The notes under the pieces were generated by a model, which searched no databases, was not told where the DNA came from, and worked only from the letters and a program-made list of their open reading frames with translations. From Azolla caroliniana (taxonomy: Eukaryota > Plantae > Polypodiophyta), in contig JBHGNT010000004.1 in the NCBI GenBank assembly GCA_043228905.1, positions 22,010,001 to 22,074,000 of the forward strand: a DNA stretch of 64,000 nt. Direction: 5' to 3'. The translations under genes were made by a program, and so were the position numbers. Shown piece after piece: positions 1 to 9,073 of this stretch. Numbering within the stretch: position 1 is the stretch's first letter; the number at the start of each line of letters is the position of its first letter.

Positions 1-371
1 GATGCTACCCACTGGTTGAAGTCATGCCGTCCCCGGCTCTTCCGCCGTCCTCCATATGCCTGCAGGAGCGCCTTTTCAAAGGCCTCCCACGAACTATGAG
101 ATTCTCGGAGCTCCTTCACTTCCACGTGCATATGGACGGCGACAACCCGACAGAAGAACCCCAGCCTCAACGCTTCGTCCACGTCTCGTTCCTCCATTTC
201 CGCGTTGTAGGCTTCCAAGTAAGATGGGACTTTGTCCCCGTTGAAACGGCCGACTCTTTCGACCACTCGCTCAACCGCTTGTTGCGTTGCTTCTCGCCTC
301 ATCACCACTCGTGTCGACTCCAACACCACTTCGGCCACCATCTCCGCGAGGTCGTCGTCTTCCGATCCCAT
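1..371 (-). CDS. Gag N-terminus of a Ty3/Gypsy element (runs off the window start; not in the ORF track)
   Basis: Manual translation gives MGSEDDDLAEMVAEVVLESTRVVMRREATQQAVERVVERVGRFNGDKVPSYLEAYNAEMEERDV...WEAFEKAL. This aligns with the Gag at 9074 (AVDRVVELEGQFDGRNVTKFLDAYRREMNQRDV...WSEFEKTI). Confidence 0.85.
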   Translation of the reverse strand, partial: MGSEDDDLAEMVAEVVLESTRVVMRREATQQAVERVVERVGRFNGDKVPSYLEAYNAEMEERDVDEALRLGFFCRVVAVHMHVEVKELRESHSSWEAFEKALLQAYGGRRKSRGRHDFNQWVA

Positions 372-386
372 CCTCCATTGCCGCCC

Positions 387-404
387 TTCACGTCAGGTTC
401 ACCA
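387..404 (-). promoter_or_regulatory. Primer-binding site, tRNA-Trp
   Basis: The minus strand reads TGGTGAACCTGACGTGAA, one mismatch from the PBS at 9015. It is complementary to the plant tRNA-Trp 3' end (...TTCACGTCGGGTTCACCA). Confidence 0.8.
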
Positions 405-416
405 AATATATCGCGT

Positions 417-765
417 TGTTACGCGCGTGCGTGTAGAAAGGCGGGACCACGGGGGTCCTGGACTAGGGAGTGACGGAGCGCAGGAAGTAGTGCTTCACCC
501 TTTCCGGGGCACCCCAAGAGCACACCGGAAGCAACCGAACGAGAGAGAGAGAGAGAGAGAGAGGGAGTGCACGCTTGACACCGACTCACACACACACACA
601 CACGTCGTCCCGACTCACGCCCTTATGTGCAGGAACGCAAGAAAGGGGAAGCACCCGACACCAACAGAGACATGAATATACACAGACAGACGCAAATGTA
701 TGTATTATAAGGGAAAGAATACAACCCCGGCTTCGAGCCGGACCAAGCTAGGGTAGGTTACAACA
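417..765 (-). mobile_element. 5' LTR (~349 bp) of Gypsy element A
   Basis: TGTT...AACA termini, followed on the minus strand by the PBS and gag. Its 3' motif is shared with the LTRs at 1160 and 7815. Confidence 0.7.
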
Positions 766-1155
766 GCAGTCTGCAGCCAACCCGCCGTCCGGGGAGCTCT
801 TGGGCTCGTCACGCAGAGCGGGGTCTTGCACAGGAGACCGAGCAGAAACAACCCTCTATAGTCCACCCACACCGCGAAGAAGAGGAAGAAGAAGTAGAAG
901 AACTAACCCTAAATCTAACGGTATACCCTCTAACACAAAATGGGCAACCCTTCTACAAGGGACCATCCCTTCCTTTTATAGAACAAGGAGAGGGATGCGT
1001 TACAATGTGGGATAAATCCCGATTTACATGGGATTCTTCGCCCGACTTAACTCCTATTATTCACACAATTACACGAGGGTGAGTGCACATGGTGCACCCC
1101 GCCGATGTAGCCAATATTTCCCGGTTTCCGCCTCTAGCCGAAATTCTTCACGACA
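766..1155 (-). mobile_element. Partial LTR B (same lineage), apparently interrupted by element A
   Basis: Ends GCCGAAATTCTTCACGACA, the near reverse complement of the LTR start TGTCGTGAAGATTTTCGGC at 7815. A minus-strand CTATAAAAGG TATA lies at ~972-981. Confidence 0.7.
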
Positions 1156-1159
1156 ACGG

Positions 1160-1950
1160 TGTCGTGGTAATCCGCGTGTACGTGTAGGATCCAAGGCGGG
1201 ACCAGGGGGGTCTTGGACTAGGGAGGAGAGGAGAAGGAATAAGACACAAAATGGAAGCTTAGCTCAAGAGGAGAAGAGGAATAATAGCACATAAACATAG
1301 AATAGAATAAATGGAGGCAAGATACACCCACAAGACAAGAAAATCAACATGCTATATTAAGAGTTCACAAAAGTTTACAACCAAGGCCGCATAGGCCGCA
1401 CCAAAAACGACTACAAGAAAACCCTCACCCAATGAGCAAGTAAAGAAGTATAGTAAAACCCTAAAGGAAACCCTAAAATCGAATAGAACCCCTCGACCTA
1501 AGTGGTATACCTCTCTCACTCAGAATAGGCAACCCCAAATGAGCCCCCCTCGACCTCCTTTTATAGGAAAAAAGGCATGGGGTCGCTAATTTTGTCTTTA
1601 ATGCAAAAAAGGAATAAAATTCCTTAAATCACGTTGCACTATAAGACTAGATTTGAACCGTGATTCTATCTCTATAAATTCCTAGTCTGTCTTCCCTCTA
1701 CTTTTTACCTCTCCTCTCTCTTACGTTTTACATGAGCTCATTACTCATTCTACTCTATAAAGTGCACATCACATTTATGCCTCTACGAACTTCGTGGTGC
1801 AGCTTTAGCACCTTAGATTATTACCCTTCCCAATACATTTTGTTTACTTATTCTTATTACACAAATTTACAAGTGCATATGCAATGTTGCACATCCCCAT
1901 TTTATTTGTCCCTCTCGGTTTTCTCACCATAGCTAGAAATCTTCACGACA
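1160..1950 (-). mobile_element. Solo LTR C inserted in a LINE
   Basis: TGTCGTG...CTTCACGACA termini. Flanks ACGG/ATGG fit a 4-bp TSD with one CpG transition. LINE ORF2 resumes at 1951. Confidence 0.75.
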
Positions 1951-4660
1951 ATGGTTTTAAGGCATCTTCCTACTGGTAAGAGCCCCGGTTGGGATGGCTT
2001 GACAAATGAAGTTTTTAAGCAATATTCGAACATTTTAAAGGGGTCCTTAACTTTAATGTTTCAACATTCTTGGGATTCTGGTTGTATGCCTCAAGCTTGG
2101 AAGGTTGGTCTAATTAAATTAGTTCTAATGGTGGCATCTCCCGAGTCATTTCATCAATGGAGACCTATTTCTTTGATGGGGGGTTGTATAAGATATTTAT
2201 AAAGGTCTTGGCAAATAGATTACAAAAGTATTTGCCAAATTTGATACATCCAACCCAATATGGTTTTGTTGCAGGTAGGAATATATTGTATAATGTGTTG
2301 AATGTTCAAATGGCCATGGATTATGCCCGAAACACTCATCAAGAATTGATTATGGTGCGGTTAGATTTGGAGAAAGTTTATGACCATGTTAATTGGTCTT
2401 TTGTTTCTAGGCTTTGGACCTCGTATGTCTCGCCTCATATTTTTATTAGGACAAAATGCGATGTCTCGAGTAATGCTTGATGGGGGAGTTACATAAGATA
2501 TTGCCCTCACAATATCCGTTCGTCAAGGATGCCCACTTAGGCCATTGTTGTTTGCTATTGCTACTCATCCCTTGTTAATGATGCTATCAAGGCTTGCAAC
2601 CAATGGTGACATTGTGGGTCTACACCTTCTATGTTAGGGACATGACCATATCCTGTGGTAAGTTTTATTGTAGTATTCTATACACATGGATAAAGTGTGA
2701 GGGTTAAACGAGAGCGTAAGTAAGGAAAGGGATTAACCCTCACTATGATAAAACTTACCATGGGATATGGTCATGCCCGTAACATTATGTCTGGAGGGCA
2801 ACTAGTGGCGCAAGCTTTGCCTGATGATCCTTTCATGTTTCTACAAGCCTCACAATAGAATCTTGAGGAGGGGATGCTTGTGTGGAACCAATTTGCATTG
2901 GCTTCCGGATTGCATATTAATTGGAGGATGTCTAGTCTCATATCATGTACTGAAAGGGATTTGGAATGTTTAGGATGGCAAGGATCCATGGTGAAGAAAG
3001 GCTCTATTTTTCGACACTTGGGCTATCCATTGAGAATGAATGTTACAAATGGTCAATTGATTGAATGTATGTCTAGTAAGTTGAGGGATAAGTTCATGTA
3101 TTGGGGTCACAATCTTGGCCATTTCATGTACACTTGAAGGTTGTGAAAAGTATTATGGAACCCATGATATTATATTACTTAGCATTGTTGCCATGGACAA
3201 AGAACACTTTGCATTCTGTTTTGCAAACTCTTCGATATTTGTTGTGGAAGAAGAGGGATAAGATGGGAATTACATGGGTTGCATGGAATCATCTAGCAAC
3301 CCCTAAGCACTTAGGGGGTGTGGGAATATTGTACTTATCTATGCATATGATGGCTCGTAGATTTTCATTATTACAAGACATGTGTTCAAACTCACAACCA
3401 TGGATATCTATTGTTCAATATTTCATTGAGAACAAGGGTTTAACACATGGGAGGACAACGATTAATCTACATGGTGGCAATTACTGAATGGATGCATTTC
3501 ACTTAGTATTCTGGGCTCTTCATGTGTTCAACACTTTGTTACCTCATGGCAAGAAGCACTCTTGTTATGTGTATGGAAACCATCATCTAGTAGAGAGCAT
3601 TGTAATTCTTTGCAAAAAGAGTTACTTGTGTCTTCTCGATTATTATGTTGGCCAGGAACGGAGAAATTGCGCTCTCAATTTAATCGTTTGTTTCGTTTGG
3701 GGGTCAAAGAAGTGGGAGATATAGTTGAGGCTACATCTTAAAGAATTTTGGTGTTTATTGAAGTGCGACAATTATTACGCATCCAACCTAATTATGGGTT
3801 TATCTGGCAACAACTACAAAATATTGCATTGATACAAGGTCCTTTACCTCTACAAACAGGAGAACAACCATGGATTGATTGTTGTTTACGGGGTCAAACA
3901 TTGTTATTACAAGTGACTACTAAATTTTCTATCATTGCTCCATTGAGTCTCTTGGATGACTATCATCTAAGGCTGAAGAAGGATGGAAAATACACAAATT
4001 TGATCATGGGTGGTGGCTGATCTTACAACGTAGTTGGCATTCTAAATTGCCACTTGTAACAAAGGTCTTCATTTGGTGAGTTTTGATTGGAGGATTGCCT
4101 TTGGGATTAGCTCTAAAGCGTTGTGGATTTCCGATTAACAATGGCTAATTGCTTCTTTTGCATTGTTCAGATGGAAGATAGTACTCATCGATTTATACAA
4201 TATCTGATAGCTTGTCAGATTTCGAGCTATATTTCTCAAATTTGGCAAGTTTTATCACAGTGTTATTTGACACCTAGACAATGGGTGTTTGCACAATTTA
4301 CACAGGTTGACCCAAAATCAAAGATGGATCGTTTTCCTATTTTTGAGATATTGGGGATTTCGTCGTAATTGGGACATGCACAATGCTTTTGTATTCGATG
4401 GTAGACATGGAGTGAAAGCATATCTATGAAAGTTGGAGTACTAATGTGACAATTTTCTTTATTGGAGCAAGTGGAATCTCTTTCCTCAGTGGAGTGTTAG
4501 TCTTGTCTGTTGGCAATTCAGCATGTTCCACTACCCATGTAGTGTAGTTAGTGGGTGATCATACTCCCTTGTCACACCCATTGTGAGTAGTGTTTTTCAC
4601 ACACATTTATTAATATAATTTTGTGTTTTCACCAAGAGAGAGAGAGAGAGAGAGAGAGAT
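1951..4660 (+). mobile_element. Degenerate L1-clade LINE ORF2 (RT to 3' end) with a (GA)n tail
   Basis: Motifs KSPGWDG, WRPISL, QYGFVAGRNI, LDLEKVYDHVNW, RQGCPL, HLGYP and a C-terminal CFFC..EDSTHRF zinc-finger region. Many stops and frameshifts. Confidence 0.9.
2632..2784. mobile_element. 153-bp foldback MITE inside the LINE RT
   Basis: ~43-bp imperfect TIRs (TGTTAGGGACATGACCATATCCTGTGGTAAGTTTTATTGTAGT versus the reverse complement of the right end). It interrupts the GLHL-SGGQL peptide. TSD not resolved. Confidence 0.8.
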
Positions 4661-4840
4661 GTGTAAGGTTGCCCAATGGAGACCAGGTTGTCATGGGTTC
4701 AACCCTTACATTCCATACTAGTGGCATCTAGTGAAATTAGAGATATATATGATGTAATAGAGAGGTGAGAAAATTAGGTTTCGAACCCAAGATGTAATGT
4801 TAGTAATGTAAATGACTTACCACTAGGGTAAGCTAATTAC
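4660..4840. repeat. Convergent two-tRNA-like module, copy 1 (5'-truncated)
   Basis: GGGTTCAACCC B-box on the plus strand and GGTTCGAAACC B-box on the minus strand. Homologous to 5107-5310 and 16972-17207. Confidence 0.7.
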
Positions 4841-4871
4841 AAAAGTGAGTGAGTGAGTGAGTGTGTAATAA

Positions 4872-5100
4872 TGTGACAATTTTCTTTATTGGAGCAAGTG
4901 GAAATTCTTTCCTTAGTGGAGTGTTCGACTTGCATATTCTCAATTCAACATGTTCCACTACCCATGTAGTATAGTTAGTGGGTGACCATACTCCATTGTG
5001 ACACCCATTGTAAGTAGTGTTTTTCACACACTTTTATTAATATGATTGTGTGTTTTCGAGAGAGAGAGAGAGTATGTGTGTTTTCAAGAGAGAGAGAGAG
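4872..5100 (+). repeat. Duplicated LINE 3' end plus (GA)n
   Basis: Near-copy of 4443-4660 (ATGTGACAATTTTC...CATGTTCCACTACCCATGTAG...CACCCATTGT). Confidence 0.85.
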
Positions 5101-5106
5101 TACATG

Positions 5107-5310
5107 TGTGCCCAAATGGATGTAGCTCAGTTGGTAAGGTTGCCCAATGGAGACTAGGTGGTCATGGGTTCAACCCCTACATTCCACAGTGGCATCTAGT
5201 GAAATAGAGATATATATGAAGTATATAATAGAGAGGTGAGGAAATTGGGTTTCGAACCCAAGACACAGTGCTTGTAGTGTTATCGACTTACCACTAAGGT
5301 AAGGTAATTA
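5107..5310. repeat. Convergent two-tRNA-like module, copy 2 (SINE-like)
   Basis: Plus unit 5117-5186 has A-box TAGCTCAGTTGG and B-box GGTTCAACCC. Minus unit ~5240-5305 has CTTAGTGGTAAG and T-arm TTGGG-TTCGAAA-CCCAA. Confidence 0.75.
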
Positions 5311-5339
5311 TGATAAAAAAAGAGAGTATGTGTGTGTGA

Positions 5340-7814
5340 GTAATTTGTCCTTCGAATATTCAACGCTTTACATGATGTTATGGAATTTATCAAGCATCAA
5401 TCCGTAAACAAAAGATAAGTCTAATCCAACAATTTCTAGACAAATGTAATGCATTGTTGGTAAAAATTTCATTTGATGATGTGTTGTTGGATATTCAAGT
5501 GACATTGTCACAAGCTTTACAAGGGTGAGGTTTGTAGTTATCAACAATTACATGTGATGGCTATGAAAAATGAAGTACATGATCATAATTGTCATTCACA
5601 TAAATTTTACCATGGGTTGCATGCATCTCATGCTAGAAGGAATGTGTATGCGTAGAGATTGATGGAACGTTGACTACAAACCCACAAGTGATTATTGATA
5701 ATAGTGTTAAACATTTCACGAATCTTTTTGGGCACAAATATACTCTAAATTATGACATAACACAAGTGCAATCAATGTTATTTAAATCATTCAAGGGGAT
5801 TGGTGGGCAACATGTCACGGTTGCCTTGGAGGATGATATAAAGGAGGAGGAGGTGGAATGTGTATTGTCACATCTTTTAGCTGATAAAAGTCCAGGTTGG
5901 GTTGGCATTATCAATGTGTTTTTTAAAGCCTTTGTACAACAACTCAAAGGCCCTGTAACAATAGTATTCCAAGAAGTGTGGAGTTCTGGCAAAATGTTTG
6001 ATTCATGGAAAATTGGTCTTGTTAACCTATACCCAAAGTTGCATCTCCTATGTCTTTTGCTCAGTGGAGATAGATATCATTAATGGGTAGGTTGTATAAG
6101 ATTTTTGCCAAAGTAATTGCAAATAGACCTCAAAAGGTATTGTCGTATGTGGTCCATCCATTGCAATATGGGTTTATTGAGGGAAGGGATATCCTGCATA
6201 ATATTTTGAACGTGCAAATGGAAGTGGATTAGGCAAAGGAATCCAAACAACAAATTGTAATGATAGAACTAGATATCGAGAAGGCATATGATCATGTAAG
6301 TTGGTCTTTGATTACTCAACTTATGTTTGATATGGGTTTTGGGAAAAGGATGTTTCAAATCTCTTTGTTGGTGGGATTAAGTGTAGTGTCACACATTATG
6401 TAAATGGTGGAGTTACTAAGACAATATCATGAACAAGATCACTTGGACAAGGTTGCCTATTGAGTTGATAATTATTTGCGATTGCTACACACCCAATTTT
6501 GGTGAAGATGCATGAGTTGGCAACATGTGGGTAAATAGTTGACTAACTCTACCATTAGGGAAACAATTGGTAACTCAAGCATTGACAGATGATTAGTTTT
6601 TATTTCTCAAAGCAATACTTGATAATATAACTAAAGCCATGGAGGTGTGGAATATGTTCGCATTGACATTAGGATTACATATAAATATGCGAAAGTCGAT
6701 GCTCATTAGATGCACTAAGAGTGATCTGGTTGATCTTGGATGGTGTGGTCAAATATTTGGAACAAGGGAACGTGTGTCAGCACTTAGGCTACCCAATGAA
6801 TGTTGATATCTCATCGTCTTAAAGTTTGAATTGGATATCGGGGACCATTTTAGACAAATTTATGTATTGGAAGTCTCAAGCATGGTTGTTTGGTACTCGT
6901 CTCAAAATGGTACAAGCTACAATGATTCCAATGATTTCTTATTGTTTGCCATTATTACCTTGGACAAAGAAATCATTTGATCAATTAACTCGTTCACTTA
7001 AATATACATTGTGGAAGAAAGAATAAAAAATTGGTATGAGTTGGGTATCATGGAACAATATATATACCTCAAAATGGTTAGGGAGAGCTGCATTACTAAA
7101 TTTAAAAGATCAAAATTCAACCTTTTAAGGGTATGTGCATAGGTACCCAACCTTGGGTAGAAATAATTAGTTATTTTGCGGAAAATGTTGGTATATACCA
7201 TAGGAAAACGAGAATTATAGCCTCGTGGTGGCATCTTGTTAATAGTACCCGGGCATTTAAATGTTCAAAATCTATTATGGTTCAACAATTACTGCTTCCT
7301 TGGTAGCGACGTTTGAAATTGTTTAATTGGCAGCCCCTTAAGTGCAAAAAAGATACTAATTCCTTGGCAACATAGGTGTTGGCAGCTTCTAAGATATTGC
7401 ATTGGGATGGAAAAGGAAGTCCAGATTCACAATTCAATCGAATGGCAAGGTTGGGCTTTATAACTGTGGAAGATGGCATCTTAGAGTCACATAGGAAAAT
7501 GATGGTCTTTTGGACAATCAGAAATAAGTTTCATATACCACGTAGATATGGGTATATGTGGCCATCAATATTGGCATTGCTTAGTTTAGTTTTCTCGATT
7601 CCACAGTTGGTGTTAGAGGAATCATGGAAAGATTGGTCATTGGGTATGTGGTGCACGCTAATGATGTATACCATAAGTTGGTTGAAGATAGAGCTTGGTT
7701 AGCAAATAAGGTTTTGGATACATGGCATATTACTCAACAAAGTGGTAGTGTACAGTTTTAGATGTGACATGGTACTCTCATCTTCCATTTCGTGCAAAGG
7801 TATTTCTTTGGCGT
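5340..7814 (+). mobile_element. Second degenerate L1-clade LINE ORF2 (5' part, split by Gypsy D)
   Basis: Motifs DKSPGW, QYGF, LDIEKAYDHVSW, GQGCLLS and HLGYP. Reading continues at 15856 as KVFLWR|AIVGGLPL. Confidence 0.9.
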
Positions 7815-9006
7815 TGTCGTGAAGATTTTCGGCAATAGTGTGAAAATCCCATAAAACGTACGAAATCGAGTATGAATCACGTAGTACAATAATTGTGAAG
7901 ATAACATTTTAAATAGATTTAATATCTAAGTACAAAATGATGGAGGTTTCGAATGCACTTTATTACACGAGAAACAGACAACTAAATGTCAAGATATGAG
8001 GGTATAAAGTTTGTGAAAAGAAAAGAGAAAATTGTGAGATATCCCACATAGGCACGACAAATACGGCTCTCATAATATATAAGATGGAGCAAAAGATATC
8101 ATCTTTGTGTCTATGTGTGGAGCATAGAGAGTTCAAGGTAACTTGAACTAAGAGTGGAGGTGGCTAGCTACTCGTAAAGGGTTTTGGCCAACCAAAACCG
8201 GACTGGCGATCCGACCGCATCCGGCGGCGGCGACATCCGACGGCAATCCGGCACCGGTAACCGACGGTATCCAGTGACGGCATCTGGCGGTGGCAACCGG
8301 ACCGGCGATGGAGCCGGTGATCCGATCGCAATCCGGCGGCGGCGGCATCAGACGACAATCCGGTGACGGTATCCGATGACGGCATCCGGCGGCGGCACCG
8401 GTATCCGGCAAACCGGTGTCCAGCGACTAGATAAATAAATATATAAATATATATACATATTTACATATACAAGGAGGGCAAGTAAGGATTCGAACCTTGC
8501 ACCTCCAAGTTAGGAGTCAATTGGCTTACCATTAAGCCATGCTATTTAGTTAAAATTATATTTCTATCATTGTACTTTTACATGTAAATTCTCATACATG
8601 AGAGCTAAAATGAGTGACATGGTTATCATGCACCACATGTAATACTTAAGTGCCAAATGGCAAACATGCAATTTATGCATGTCTTGTACCCTCACATGCA
8701 TCATATGCATGAGAGCATCTATAAAAGAGGAAAGGGGGAGGAGAAAAAGGACGGTTTTTTTTATGAAAATTAAGAGGAAGAAATTCGTTATCAAATTGAT
8801 TGTGTAACTTGTTTCTTAAATCTAAAGTTAAAACTTCAATCAATCTCTCTCAATCGTGTGATCTCAACTTCTCTCTTTCCCAATCTATCTTAAGTACTTT
8901 CTCGCTAAAGCTTACGCCAAAGCTTGTACCGACTTTGAATCCTTCCAGTCCAGAACCCCGGCGGTTCCGCCTCACGATCCGCGCGTAGTGACGGATCTTC
9001 ACGACA
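7815..9006 (+). repeat. 5' LTR of Gypsy D (1192 bp)
   Basis: Direct repeat of 14831-15851. TATA (CTATAAAAG) at ~8719. Confidence 0.95.
8474..8548 (-). other. tRNA-like Pol III module inside the LTR (second copy at ~15316-15392)
   Basis: The minus strand reads GCATGGCTTAATGGTAAGCCAATTGACTCCTAACTTGGAGGTGCAAGGTTCGAATCCTTACTTGCCC. It has a D-arm GGCTT/AAGCC, A and B boxes and a T-arm, but the acceptor stem is unpaired. Confidence 0.7.
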
Positions 9007-9014
9007 TAATTAAG

Positions 9015-9032
9015 TGGTGAACCCGACGTGAA
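9015..9032 (+). promoter_or_regulatory. PBS, tRNA-Trp
   Basis: TGGTGAACCCGACGTGAA is an 18-nt complement of the plant tRNA-Trp(CCA) 3' end. Confidence 0.85.
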
Positions 9033-9073
9033 AGAGGCGGTAGGAAGGATCAAGTCGAGATTAATACTTGGAG

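Noticed and set aside
24-675. Plus-strand ORFs of 149 and 147 aa
   Set aside because: They are antisense shadows of the minus-strand gag and LTR.
5117-5186. Functional tRNA gene (also 8474-8548 and 16987-17053)
   Set aside because: The anticodon and/or acceptor stems do not pair and the copies are embedded in repeats. I treated them as tRNA-derived modules.
8567-8794. 75-aa ORF duplicated at 15412-15639
   Set aside because: The duplication simply reflects the two LTRs. It has a non-ATG start and no protein features.
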